A stretch of 64,000 nucleotides of DNA, from the NCBI GenBank assembly GCA_951406725.2, contig OX597819.1, forward strand, positions 20,088,001-20,152,000, written 5' to 3'. The translations under genes were made by a program, and so were the position numbers. Under the pieces are notes generated by a model. The model saw only the letters and a list, made by a program, of their open reading frames with translations, did no database searches and was not told the DNA's origin. The first letter of the stretch is position 1. Each line of letters begins with the position of its first letter. The DNA comes from Octopus vulgaris. Its lineage: Eukaryota. This document shows positions 25,341 to 39,074 of the stretch, in pieces.

Positions 25341-25940
25341 TTAGATTTGCAGAATGAATAATAACTTTGAATTGATTTTATCAATATCATACTATATTCG
25401 TCTAAGAAAAACTATTTGTATTCTTGTATGTTGTAATACTTAAAGTCAATAAATTTTAATCTATGTTTTTAGTTTTATCCGTTTTGAACTCAAAGGGCAG
25501 ACTGTAAGGTATTTAAGGTAAATGAGGAATAAAATCATCGTCGCCTTTTCCACAGACAAACATTATTGCGGTCTCTATGACATTTCACGTTAATTTTCCC
25601 CTCAGCGTTTACTTAGTTATCTCCATTTGATCAGTAATTTCTTTTTCTTTTTGTGGGATGCGAGGTGTGTTCCATGTCCAACATTTTGGAAAACGGACCG
25701 TAGACCTCTTAGGAGGGAAACCGGAGACTCGAGATCAAATCCATTGACTTTGTTTGAAAATTTTACACAAGAATTAACATATAGTATTTGTTTTTATCTT
25801 TTTGTACATGGGCCAGCCTTTTTCTCTATAATTCTACTCACAGGCCTTCGTCTTTGGTATATAAATATGTGTGTGCGCGCGTGTGTCTATATGTGTATAT
25901 TTGTATATGTACATATATATATTTATGTATGCGTAAATAT

Positions 25941-26014
<74 letters not shown>

Positions 26015-26149
26015 TATATATATAAATAATCAAAAAAAGCAACAAGAATGACTCCGGTAATTTGGTACAATCGTTTCGTACTACATCATTTTATTCAATG
26101 TTGTAATTATTACAACATATTTAAGATTTAAATCTAAATGTTTGCTATA

Positions 26150-26199
<50 letters not shown>

Positions 26200-26920
26200 C
26201 ATACATACATACACATGCACACACTCGCGCGCTCACACACACACACACAATCAATGTTAAATATAATAGTGACATGAAGTGACCATGTATTCTTTCCATT
26301 CTTTCGGCAAATACGTTTACAGACGAATTTTGTTGTAACAGAAAAATCTAACAAGTCAACAGAAAATTCCGTTTCCTAGAAGATTTCATGTTAAATTTCA
26401 TTCTGGAACACCATTTAATTTAATCTAATATTATTCGATCAGGAAAAATATTTATCTTTTGATTTTTTTTCTATGATGTATTTTACAGTTAATCATTTAA
26501 TTCTTTTGTATTTTTTTACTTCAGTATATTGTCTTAAATATGTTTACTAAGAGAAATTGTGTTTCGTCCATTAATGGGTAAGGGTCCTCACCTGCAAAAT
26601 CGATATTTCACTGCTGCAAGCTTTGACAGAATGGGTGATAGTGTTTTGTAGACAAAGACATTTAATAATATAAGGTGGCTGACCCTTAAATGTATATTGA
26701 GAAAATTATACATTTTCGAAACGACTTTTGACACTCATATGTTTCTTCACGCCATTTAAATTCCGAAGTAAATGTATCTCTATGTCCCTCTCCCTCTGTA
26801 CCTCTGCCAATCTATATGCAATAAATATATATATATATAGATAGATGTGTGTGTGTACATATAAGTATAAGTATATGTATACTGCATATATATATACAAT
26901 TCTGTTTATATGTATAATGT

Positions 26921-26974
<54 letters not shown>

Positions 26975-27027
26975 TATATATATAAATATATATATATTTC
27001 TACATGTACAATTGTGTATAAATATGT

Positions 27028-27100
<73 letters not shown>

Positions 27101-28990
27101 CATACATATATACTTACATATGTACACTTCTAATAATATATATGTGTGTGTGTGTGGAACAATATATAGATATATTTGTTTGTATGAAGATGTAAGTTTA
27201 TGTGTGTTTATATTTCTGTATGTCGGTGTGCGTATGCGTATGCGTGCGTGCGTGCGTGTGTAAGATACACATTATGAACTAAGACACCCCATAAATGACG
27301 TCGCTTAGATCATATTTCGTTTCGGGTCTTTCAACACGAGACATCCCCATCAACTGTGGTGTTTTCCAAACTATGCTTGGTTCATCGAACGGAAGAGATA
27401 ACAATGTTTATACTTTCCAATGAACTGACGGGACATATAGACAACAAAAGTGTACCGGTCGACTGGATCATCCGAAATAATACATTATGCTCAACCATGA
27501 AATTGTATAGTGTTCCTTCTAAAGGCTGAGACAATTTCTCTCTCTCTCTCTCTATTTATATACCTCTCCCTTTCTCTCTATCTGTCTCCTTCACTCATAC
27601 ACGCACACGCACACACTAGCGTGTACGTGTATATACACAAATGAATATATATATGTATATGTCTATAAGTATGGAAATATATGTATTTATGCATACATAC
27701 CTATACTATCACACATAAATACATAGATTCATACACACACACATATATATACAATATAAATAAATATATACATAAATAAAGAGATATATATATATACATA
27801 CATATATATATATATATGTGTGTGTTTGTGTGTGTGCGTGCGTGTGTGTGTATGTATATGGAGGCCGGGCCGGTGATGTGTGTGCCTTAATGCCAATCTT
27901 ATATCTCTATCTATGATCCCACATCTTCGTTAAATGCCTTCGAAGGGGCTTTCTATGAGTGGACGTTCTGAAAAATGTAACGTTCCCCTAATGTTTAATA
28001 CTGGTGATATGATTGCAGGTACAACGAAACTGGGAAAAAGCCTTAAAGTCCTGAGCCCCTTTGGCACGAGATTATGCGTTTATGAGGATCAAAAACCATT
28101 TCATTAAAATTAGAAATGACAAAGAATGGCGACAGTATAGCCGCTTCCTTTGGTGAGACTAATTTTCGAAATTAGTCGTGTGGAATTTTCCTCAATTACT
28201 TCTTGAATACCTGTACAGTTAAGGTGAGCAATGGGACAGGAAACATTTGTGAACCGAAAATTAGAGCAATTGAAGCATACTGTCTTTCAATTAAGAAAAA
28301 AGAATAAACATGTGTAGCAATCGGCGACGCGAGTTTTAAAAGGAGAGAGAAGTAAGAGGAGAGGTGAAACAGAGAACAATAAGTGCAGCGGATGAGCGAA
28401 AACGGTCAAGAAAATTGAGTCGCCAAATGGAAATTTTCAACAACCATATAAATGCCAAGGGCCCGACCATTCTTCGTCTTTAAATGTTTGTGTCTTAGAA
28501 AACGACGTCAAATTTTAATGTAATTATTCTCAGTCTGTGAAATGTGTGAGGTATTTGACAGGGGGAGATTGGAGAGATGTCTCCTGTATTCTTATCAAAT
28601 TATGCTTCATATCTCTCTCTCTCACTTGTTCCTCTCCCTCTCTCATATGCACGTACGACAATATGGGTCCACACACGCGTATATATTACGAACACCGATA
28701 TGAAGATACTGCGAATGAATTACAAACAAACATTTAACGCATATTTCATTTTCATACTTTACACATCTTAACCTTATCAAATATTCAGACAAAAAATACT
28801 AAATAAGTTGTAATGACACATCACCAAACGATGAGTGAGCGCGAATGAATTTATTTTCTTTGTCTTTGTCAAAAGGTCTCAATTTTAATTTTTACTTTTT
28901 TTTATTAATATTATCTAAAGTCCTCTTCTCTATCATTATTATCTCAAGTGTTTCGCTTATTTCTTACAATCTCCCATGGCTATATACAAA

Positions 28991-29375
28991 ATGGATGGAA
29001 GCACACCGTCGGTTACGACGATGAGGGTTCCGGTTGATCCGAATCAACGGAACAGCCTGCTCGTGAAATCAACGTGTAAGTGGCTGAGCACTCCACAGAC
29101 ACGTGCACCCTTAACGTAGTTCTCGGGGATATTCAGCGTAACACAGAGAGTGACAAGGCCGGCCCCTTGAAATACAGGTTTAACAGAAACAGGAAGTAAG
29201 AGTGAGAGAAAGTTGTGGTGAAAGATGGTGGATCACCACCATCCCCTGCCGGAGCCTCGTGGAGCTTTTATGTGTTTTCGCTCAATAAACTCTCACAACG
29301 CCCGGTCTGGGAATCGAAACGGCGATCCTATGACCGCGAGTCCGCTGCCCTAACCACTGGGCCATTGCGCCTCCA
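28991..29375 (-). mobile_element. SINE family A, full length, TSD ctatatacaaa
   Basis: TSD at 28980-28990 and 29376-29386; (CCAT)n tail. Confidence 0.92.
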
Positions 29376-29810
29376 CTATATACAAATTATGACGTAATCT
29401 TTAAGCGATTCTTCAGATACGTTTAAGAATTATATACATATTTATATATCTTTAAACCTATAGAAGCACCACAACAAGAAATCTCTCCACAAATTCTAAT
29501 TTACAAATAATCTCGATTATGAACATCCTTTCGGTACAACCAGAGAAAAGTTTAAAACATTTCTATTCGAAAATATCTTTCTCACAGGAAACGAACAAAA
29601 CAAGTAAGTTAAAACAGGCATAAAATCTGTTGAAGTCCAATTCGGATATAATAGCTAAAAATGCCGAATGTAAGCAGAAAGACCAACGAAAGGACAATTG
29701 AAACGACAAAAGCCTAAGACAACTTAGATGAAAGGCCATACAGTCGGTAAAAATGATTATCCATAAGAAAATATAATGAATTTTTTAAATTTTTATTTGA
29801 AAAAAAATCC

Positions 29811-30398
29811 TTTCTGCTATAGGAGCTAGGCCTGAAATTTCGGGGAGGGGGCTTGTCCATTCCACCCACCTCGGTACTTAAATTGTACTTATTGTATCAA
29901 CACCGAGAAAGTGAAACGCAAAATTGACGTCGTCGGAATTTGGACTCAGAATGTCAAGGCGGACGAAATGCATCTAAGCATTTTGCTCGACGTGCTAACT
30001 ATTCTTTTCCACCCTAGGCACAAGGGCTCATATTTTGGCGGAGGAAGCCTGTCGATTAGATCGCCCCCAGTACGAAACTGGTAATTAATTTACCGACACC
30101 AAATGGATGAAAGGAAATGTTGACCTCGGCGGAATTTGAACTTAAAACGTAACGGCAGACGAAATATCTATTTCTTTATTACCCACAAGGGGCTAAACAT
30201 AGAGGGGACCAACAAGGACAGACATAGGTATTTAGTCGATTACATCGACCCCCGTGCGTAACTGGTACTTATTTAATCGACCCCGAAAGGATGAAAGGCA
30301 AAGTCGACCTCGGCGGAATTTGAACTCAGAACGTAACGGCAGACGAAATACCGCAAAACATATCACCCGGCGTGCTAACGTTTCTGCCAGTTCGCCGT
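29811..30398 (-). mobile_element. SINE family C cluster: one two-core element plus an older adjacent copy
   Basis: Three repeats of the gtcgacctcggcggaatttgaactcagaa core, with two different tails. Confidence 0.85.
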
Positions 30399-30452
30399 CT
30401 TTCAAGCAGCGAAGATTGTGCTGAATCGGGAATCCTTAGCTAAGTAGTTTTA

Positions 30453-30454
<2 letters not shown>

Positions 30455-30510
<56 letters not shown>

Positions 30511-30528
30511 CTCTCTCTCTCTCTCTCT

Positions 30529-30565
<37 letters not shown>
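30455..30565. repeat. (CT)n-(TA)n compound microsatellite
   Basis: Seen directly in the sequence. Confidence 0.95.
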
Positions 30566-30567
<2 letters not shown>

Positions 30568-31203
30568 ACAACTCGGACTTTGGTTATATGTCTATTAGCA
30601 TGCCAATGAAAGCACATTCACCGTTTGGACAACCTGATGTCATCCACAGTAACTTTATAATTTCCCCTGCATCTATGTTGGTAAACCTGCTGTAAATTCA
30701 CTATGAGTTTATAAATATGGTTATACGGTCAACAATTGCCAATCCCATCCTACGCTCTCTCAGTGTACCCATGCACAACTAACCAGAAAAAAAAAAGCCA
30801 AGTAGATTTCAGAATATTTGGTGTGGTATCTTGTCCTACACGAACTACCTGAAGTAAAACACCCTGCACTGATTCGTGCAACGCAGCCAAATGCACAATA
30901 TCCAATCCCTATTGGACAGATGCAGGATAGGTCGAAACGATCGTCGTGCTGAATAAAGATTCGTATTAAAACCATCTTCCGCTTCCTTTGTCAGATATAT
31001 ATATTTATGTGTAGATACGTATGTGTATATATATATATATAAATACGCACTTATATACTCATATGTATGCGCATATATATATGCATATACATATATACAT
31101 GTATTCACGCACAACAATACACGTGTACACATGTGCGTAACTTTTCAGGGACATATAAGGAGAGAGGGGAAGGAACATGTTTGCAACATGTTAAAATTTT
31201 ATA

Positions 31204-31368
31204 GGCGCAGGAGTGGCTGTGTGGTAAATAGCTAGTTTACCAACCACATGGTTCCAGGTTCAGTTCCACTGCGTGGCACCTTGGGCTAGTGTCTTCTACT
31301 ATAGCCTCAGGCCGACCAAAGCCTTGTGAGTGGATTTGGTAGACGGAAACTGAAAGAAGCCCGTCGTA

Positions 31369-31467
<99 letters not shown>

Positions 31468-31677
31468 TTGTGTGTCTGTGTTTGTCCCCCTAGCATTGCT
31501 TGACAACCGATGCTGGGGTATTTATGTCCCCGTTACTTAGCAGTTTGGCAAAAGAGACCGATAGAATAAGTACTGGGCTTACACAAGAATAAGTCCCGGG
31601 GTCGAGTTGATCGATTAAAGGCGATGCTCCAGCATGGCCGCAGTCAAATTACTGAAACAAGTAAAAGAGTAAAGAGT
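31204..31677 (+). mobile_element. SINE family B, full length, with expanded internal (TA)n(TG)n
   Basis: Matches 13233-13670. Confidence 0.92.
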
Positions 31678-31848
31678 ATATACACACACACACACATCTT
31701 ACCATACACAGAGATAAATGTATGCATACATACCTACATGTATACATGCATACACACGAACACACACACTCTCTCACTCATTTATGTATATATATACATG
31801 TATGTATACATATACAAGTAGGTGTCTATTTTGTATACACACACACAC

Positions 31849-31907
<59 letters not shown>

Positions 31908-31963
31908 GCATATATATATACATATATATATATGCATATATATATACAGATATGCATATATAT

Positions 31964-32021
<58 letters not shown>

Positions 32022-32558
32022 GTTGTATACATATACATGTGTGCATCTGTTTTCTTTGTGTACATGTACGTATGCATGTATGCGTCATTGTGTTAAATAA
32101 GGTGACCTGAATTTCTGCTGAAGCGTCAGCCTGTATTTACAGGAAATGCATACATAAAACGACAATCAGCATGGCATGCAACATGGATTATCGATTTAAA
32201 CTTTGTTAAGTAGTTTCTTTATCCTCTCTAAACCTTCGTACATGCACTTCGCTCCTCACCTCGCCCACAAACGCTGGTTTCTGATATGGCTGAAAGCTGC
32301 GTGAAAAGCGAGATCTTGGCGGATTAACGAGCCGAAAGTATGTAATCCTCCAGAAATGCTGTCTACAGAGGAGGAATGAAGAATGGTAAGAACAGTCAAA
32401 AGTAACGCTTTCACATACCGCCAAAGTGTCTATGCTATAGATCACTTTGGAACTGATCAATATGTTTCAACATCGATCCGTGCTAAACTAATTGAGAAAT
32501 GTTACGATAAAAACAATCTCATCACATTTTTTTTTTACTTTTCTTTCCATTATTAATA

Positions 32559-32559
<1 letters not shown>

Positions 32560-32647
<88 letters not shown>

Positions 32648-32648
32648 G
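32560..32648. repeat. (TTA)n microsatellite
   Basis: Seen directly in the sequence. Confidence 0.95.
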
Positions 32649-33417
32649 CTATTTCCTTTTACTGTTAGTGATATTTTTGGTTTTGATGTTCCTGTAGCTT
32701 TTGCTGTTATGTTTACTTTTGTTTTTGTTGTCGTTATTATTAGTAGTATCACACAAAATGGAGATACGTTGTTTGCCGGACAAAAATCGTGTTTGATTTT
32801 CATCGTTTTATGGCCGATAAAATACGGACCGATTAAGTTCTGGAGTGCTCCAATGCTTTGATATTTCATTGGTATCATCAAGGAAAACCTAATGTTCCAT
32901 CATAGAATGTTCACTGAAAAAGATATTTCAATAATGTGTATAACTAAGTTACAGGTATGCATTTGCGTTGCACAATGTTAGAAATATTCCTAGGAAAAGT
33001 ACAAAAGTCACATCTCCTGACGGGGTCAGAACCATTATATACGAGAAGACCCCCTTTGCATCCAGTCGAAGTTTACAAAAATCTTCTAACTTTCCTCAGA
33101 TGACAAATTACCATATGAAAAAAAAATATGGTGATGCAGTGAATAAACAGTAAAAAATAATCGTTCTGAATGAAGCACTGGTTACTCACAACTGTTGTAT
33201 TTAACCCGCACGAGCAAGTTTCACAGACCCTAAAATGAGTAAGATTTTGTGTTACCATTTGGAATTATTAGATGATAAGTCATCTGAACAGGACTGTTTT
33301 GGCCTTAGATTCCGCTATAATTTTTTCTTTGATGCCAAGAAAGTAGTGTTCCATTTTTTTTCTCTCAAGGCTAAAAAATAAGCTACCCAACTTTTCTCAC
33401 GTTATACACAACGTGTA

Positions 33418-33593
33418 GGTGCAGGAGTGGCTGTGTGGCAAGTAGCTTACCAACCACATGGTTCCAGTTCAGTCCCACTGCATGGAATCTTGGGCAAATG
33501 TCTTCTACTATAGCCTTGGGCCGACCAAAGCCTTGTGAGTGGATTTGGTAGACGGAAACTGAAAGAACCCCATCGTATATATGCATATGTATG

Positions 33594-33664
<71 letters not shown>

Positions 33665-33861
33665 ATGTGTGTGTTTGTCCCCCCAACATCGCTTGACAAC
33701 CGATGCTGGTGTGTTTACGTCACTGTAATCTAGCGGTTCGGCAAAAGAGACGATGTAGTAGTACTAGGCTTACAAAGAATAAGTCCTGAGGTCGATTTGC
33801 TTGACTAAAGGCGGTGCTCCAGCATGACCGCAGTCAAATGACTGAAACAAATAAAAGAGTA
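33418..33861 (+). mobile_element. SINE family B, full length
   Basis: Matches 13233-13670. Confidence 0.92.
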
Positions 33862-34249
33862 ACGGTTTTCAAAATAGAAAAACGCTTCCTAGAATACGGT
33901 TCCACATATATAAAAGATGACTTTGTTCTCTTTAGAACACTTTTGTTTATTGGTATGTTAGTTGGGTAACTTATCTGGGACTAAGCAATCACGATAGCTT
34001 ATGAATGTAAATTCGTCGCTGTACCGATCACAGAAGCAAATGAAAATGGAAAACTTCGACAGCTGAATATACAAACAAGGAGGTTAACGTCTGGCTAAAG
34101 CGAATTGCCCCACCCAACTCTGTATGATTTTATTTTCGTACGGTTTGTCTCAAGAACTAATAAATAGCAAGAATTGATTTTCAAAATATATTCCGGGTTC
34201 GAAGAATTGGCCGGAAGCGATGTTGATTTTAGGTTTCTTGAAGAGAAGA

Positions 34250-34664
34250 CGGCGAGCTGGCAGAAGCGTTAGCACGCCGGGCGAAATGCGTAGCCGTATT
34301 TCGTCTGCCGTTACGTTCTGAGTTCAAATACCGCCGAGATCGACTTTACCTTTCATCATTTCGGGGTCGATAAATTAAGTACCAGTTACGCACTGGGGTC
34401 GATGTAATCGACTTAATCCGTTTGTCTAACCTCGTTTGTCCTCTCCGTGTTTAGCCACTTGTGGGTAGTAAAGAAATAGGTATTTCGACTGCCGCTACGT
34501 TCTGAGTTCAAATTCCGCCGAGGTCGACTTTGCCTTTCATCCTTTCGGGGTCGATAAATTAAGTACAAGTTACGCACTGGGGTCGATGTAATCGACTTAA
34601 TCCGCTTGTCTGTCCTTGTTTGTCCCCTCTATGTTTAGCCCCTTGTGGGTAGTAAAGAAATAGG
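34250..34664 (+). mobile_element. SINE family C with a tandem 184-nt core duplication
   Basis: The head is followed by units starting gtatttcg at 34296 and 34480. Flanking taggtttctt is a probable TSD. Confidence 0.9.
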
Positions 34665-35074
34665 TTTCTTAAATAATATGCAATATTATGTGGAGAATAT
34701 TTCATATGCTATGGACAGCAGGAAGATCTATATAGGTTGAATTATCAGACGAAAATATGTAATGTGTTGAGATTTGGGTCGGGTCTTATGAGCAAACGGA
34801 TATGTTTCAAAGACTTCAATATTAATTACGAAATTCGAAACACTAGCAACACAAAGCATTTCAGAGAAACGATTATACGTATATATATATATATGTACAT
34901 ACATATAGGTTTTGATATGTATACAAGTATGAATATGTTTTTTTCCTGTTTTAAGGTACAAAACACCATCGTTGCAATGTAGGTATATATGTATATGCGT
35001 ACACACACACACATACACGCACACACACACGCATAAATACATGAGTTACGGAACGGAGTAGATAAGAACCTCCG

Positions 35075-35158
35075 GGCTACACATGTTTCATAGCGAGCGA
35101 AACCTCGAGAGTGGTAAATATCCGAGCGAGGTGTATGCTGCAAGCTACTCCTCAGGCG
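35075..35158 (-). ncRNA. Type I hammerhead ribozyme candidate (left arm)
   Basis: cGC-CUGAGGA-GUAGC-(49 nt)-GCUAU-GAAAC-AUGU-GUA|GCC. Confidence 0.6.
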
Positions 35159-35299
35159 AAGGATATCTTGATTAAATGAATGTTTACATTATCGCAAAGA
35201 GGTACATGGAACATTTTATTGCTCTGAATGATTGAATCTTCCATATTAATATGAACCTCCTTGTGACATCGTAAAATTTCATTTAATCAAGATATCTTT

Positions 35300-35373
35300 G
35301 GCCTGAAGAGTAGTCAGCTCGCTTGAATGTTTACTACTTCAGAGGTTCCTCTCACTATGAAACATGTGTAGCC
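35300..35373 (+). ncRNA. Type I hammerhead ribozyme candidate (right arm)
   Basis: GGC-CUGAAGA-GUAGU-(39 nt)-ACUAU-GAAAC-AUGU-GUA|GCC with a fully canonical core. Stem I extends through AAGAUA/UAUCUU. Predicted cleavage is after 35370. Confidence 0.7.
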
Positions 35374-35609
35374 CGGGTCTTATCTTCCCCAATCCTTAAC
35401 TCTTATATTCTTATTCCAATACCCAGCAACCCTGGTCGCCTACCATCAATTATAAATAGAAATTTTGTTCAGTTCATTGAAATTCGATATGAAAATAATT
35501 CACAACCATCCGTCTAAATAATCCACTATAGTGCCTGAAAGTCGATGTTTATATTTACTACGGATTGCATAACACTAACTTTCTTCCTACACCTCGATCC
35601 CTGGATTAA

Positions 35610-35627
35610 TATCTATCAATCAATCTA

Positions 35628-35706
<79 letters not shown>

Positions 35707-35741
35707 TTATCTATATATCTATCTACGTATCTATCTATCTA

Positions 35742-35812
<71 letters not shown>

Positions 35813-35826
35813 TTATCTATCTATCT
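35610..35826. repeat. (ATCT)n-(TA)n microsatellite
   Basis: Seen directly in the sequence. Confidence 0.95.
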
Positions 35827-36323
35827 GGCATTTTCTGTGGCTCCTTCGACGTTCTCAAAAATAGCGTTCGTAATATTTTATTTCGTTCGGCTTAACAGCC
35901 CTTCTTGTCTTTGTTACTGTTATTCTCCTAGTCTTATCTTTTACTGTTTATATTTTGTACTGTCGTTACTATCCTGTTTTGTTACCCTTCCGCAAAAAAG
36001 TCTCAAATTTTATTTAATTTGCTTTTTGCGGGAAGGAAAGTTTAATTAAAGTTGTGTCTCGCCTTGACCTTCGAACGCGGAGTAGATGAAACAAATGCGA
36101 CTGAAGAAGGGGAATTTTCCTTGTATTGTATGTCCTGTACTCTATTTTTTCGTTGTTTAAGAAAAATGTCCATTTACTGGTTTTGTGTTTGTGTTTTCGT
36201 TTCTCATTGTGTTCGACGTTTTTTGGTGTCCTGTACCCATATATGCATGTATATATACATGTAGAGGTAGGTACGTACATATATGTATGTATATATGCAT
36301 ATGTTTTATTTTATTTATTAATT

Positions 36324-36340
<17 letters not shown>
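35826..36340 (+). mobile_element. Family J repeat, copy 2, between microsatellites
   Basis: Strong similarity to 61765-62260 (aaaaatagcgttcgtaata.tttatttcgttcggct.aacagcccttcttgtctt...). Confidence 0.85.
36053..36112 (+). ncRNA. Non-circularly permuted hammerhead candidate, copy 2 (one A of GAAA missing)
   Basis: UGUG-U-C-UCGC-cuuga-CCUUC-GAA-CGCG-(17 nt)-GCGA-CUGAAGA-AGGGG. Confidence 0.55.
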
Positions 36341-36357
<17 letters not shown>

Positions 36358-36371
36358 ATGAAAATAGATGC

Positions 36372-36614
36372 GGCCTTTTAAAGCATAGCCAGGCTCATGG
36401 GCCCGATTTCCCGGTTTCTATGGCGTATGTGTTCCGCAGCCGGACGGGATTGCAGTCCATCGCAGCGTTACTCATTTTTGCCTGCTGAGTGGACTGGAGC
36501 AACGTGAAATAAAGTGTTTTGCTCAAGAACACAACGCGTCACCAGGTCCAGGAATCGAAACCACAATCTTACGATCATGATGCTGATACCCTAACCACTT
36601 AGCCTTGAGCCTCC
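36372..36614 (-). mobile_element. tRNA-derived SINE family D (CORE-like and V-domain-like motifs)
   Basis: Minus strand: ggaggctcaaggctaagtggttaggg...ggtttcgattcct (boxes A and B), tgtgttcttgagcaaaacacttt...ctccagtccactcagc, gcgatggactgcaatcccgtcc. Confidence 0.75.
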
Positions 36615-36659
36615 ACACACACACAACACACACAACACACACACACACATACACATACA

Positions 36660-36694
<35 letters not shown>

Positions 36695-36740
36695 TTGAGT
36701 CTCTCTATATTTAAGCATTGTGTATAGTATACGTTGTTGG

Positions 36741-36964
36741 TGGCAGAAACGTTAGCACGCCGTGCGAAATGCGTAGCCCTATTTCGTATGTCGTTATGTT
36801 CTGAGTTCAAATTCCGCCGAGGTCCACTTTGCCTTTCATCCTTTCGGGGTCGATAAATTAAGTACCAGTTACTCACTGGGGTCGATGTAATCGACTAAAT
36901 ACCTATGTCTGTCCTTGTTTGTCCCCTCTGTGTTTAGCCCCTTGTGGGTAATAAAGAAATAGGT
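36741..36964 (+). mobile_element. SINE family C, single core
   Basis: Matches unit 1 of the element at 34250. Confidence 0.9.
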
Positions 36965-37245
36965 ATGATGTTAAGAATTCAAACAGCTATTGCTGCGATA
37001 TGCGTAAATTGAAATCGCCTGTGTAAATAAATGTTGTTCAGGATGATTTTAATTACGGAAAGGTGAGTGAGTAGACACTTGCTGCTATGTTTATGAGTAG
37101 AATCTGCATGGTTCCTTACCTGCTGAATCTACACACTTATACTCAACCAGACATATATGGTTTCTGTTTCTCGAATTTCTCTAGAAATCAATTAGAAAAC
37201 CATGGCTATGTTAGAAGATAACTGTCCATTTCTTCAGTGATATTG

Positions 37246-38005
37246 TTTTCTACTCTAGGTACAAGGTCCAAAGATTTAGGGGGAGGGAGTCAATGATTAG
37301 ATCGACTTCAGTACGTAACTGGTACTTAATTTATCGACCTCGAAATGATAAAAGGCAAAGTCGACCTCGGCAGAACTTGAACTCAAAACTTAAAGACAGA
37401 CGCAATACCTATTTCTTTACTACCCACAAGAGGCTAAACACAGAGAGGACAAAGAAGGAAGGACAAATGGAGTAAGTCGATTAATGGATCCCAAAGCGTA
37501 ATTGGTCCTTATTTAATCGACCTCGAAAAGATGAATGTCAAAGTCGACCTCGGCAGAACTTGATCTCAGAACGTAGCGGTAGACGAAATACCTATTTCTT
37601 TACTACCCACTAGGGGCTACACAGAGAGAGGACAAACAAAGGCAGACAAACGGATTAAGTCGATTACATCGACCCCAGTGCGTAACTGGTACTTATTTAA
37701 TCGACCCCGAATGGATGAAAGGGAAAGTCAAGCTCGTCAGAATTTGAACTCAGAATATAGCGGCAGACGAAATACCTATTTCTTTACTACCCACAAGGGG
37801 CTACACAGAGAGAGGACAAACGAAGGCAGACAAACGGATTAAATCGATTACATCGACCCCAGTGCGTAACTGGTACTTATTTAAACGACCCAGAAAGGAG
37901 GAAAGGCAAAGTCGACCTCGGCAGAATTTGAACTCAGAACGTAGTGGCAGACGTAATACTAGTTTGCATTTTGCCCGGCGTTGTAACGTTTCAGCCAGCT
38001 CACTG
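37246..38005 (-). mobile_element. SINE family C with four tandem cores, TSD tcttcagtgatattg
   Basis: TSD at 37231-37245 and 38011-38025. One head plus four core units; the last unit carries the alternative tail. Confidence 0.9.
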
Positions 38006-39010
38006 CATTGTCTTCAGTGATATTGAACCCGGACAAGCGTTGTTGCTGCATACCTGTTCCTAATCATACGCCGTTTATGTATAGGTTTAGTAAACGATGT
38101 CCGGAGCAGTAAATGAAGTATATTTTACACTGGAATATATGTTTCTATAATCTATAGAGTTGCAACGGAGTCTCATTAATAACTGATCTAGCTTAGTCAG
38201 ATTGAGTCAATATTCAGAATAAGAGAACCATTATTTCAACTCTGACATTTAGACATACTATTGATCGGTAGCTCAAGCAAGGTGTTTTCTTTTACGGTCA
38301 TTGCATTCTTCCATAATTTAATATTGATTCTTGTTTCAAATGCTCATTCTAAGAACTATCGAAGGTTAAGCAAAGTTCTTCAGGCGTGAAATGTATCTGG
38401 AATGCTGTTCAGCCGATTAATCCAGGTCTGAACTCTAGGCAACTGTCTTCTCATTGACCACTGGGCAAGATCATTAATAAGACAAGCAGCACATGGGGAA
38501 TAATTAGGTAGAAGAGGACGACACTATCACTAATATAAAGTTTCATGCTTCTTCCACACTAACACAATCATGCACACACACACAAAGCAATAAACATACG
38601 AAACACTCACACCCTTCCACACGCAGGGCCACACACACACACACTCACAAACAAAACAGAATCACACATACAGAAAGTGACTCAGACGTTAATTTCGTAT
38701 ATATTTATGCAGACACACTCACAATGCGTTCTTCGAAACATTAACAGGGAGACTAGCACCTTGATAATAACGAACACACATGCACACGCATCATATTAGC
38801 ATATACGAGGATGTGTGTGTCTCTCTCTGTGTCTCTCACACTCTCTCTATGTGCATATATATGTGTGTGTATGTGTGTTTGTGTGTCTGTGTAGATCCAC
38901 GCGTGGAGGTATGTGTGTGTGCTCGCGTATGTGTGTATGCTCGTGTATGTGAGTGTGTGTGCATTTATATATATATATGTGTATGTATGTATGTATTATG
39001 TATGTATATA

Positions 39011-39058
<48 letters not shown>

Positions 39059-39074
39059 TACATATATATATAAC

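Larger units (their letters stand above)
35043..35402. mobile_element. Inverted (back-to-back) dimer of a hammerhead-bearing unit
   Basis: Imperfect inverted repeat gagttacgg...ccgggctacacatgtttcatag / ctatgaaacatgtgtagcccgg...ccttaactc. Each arm has a hammerhead core on its outward-reading strand. Confidence 0.8.

Noticed and set aside
37246-38005. CRISPR-like or satellite array
   Set aside because: The units are ~184-nt SINE cores without unique spacers, in a eukaryotic context with no cas genes.
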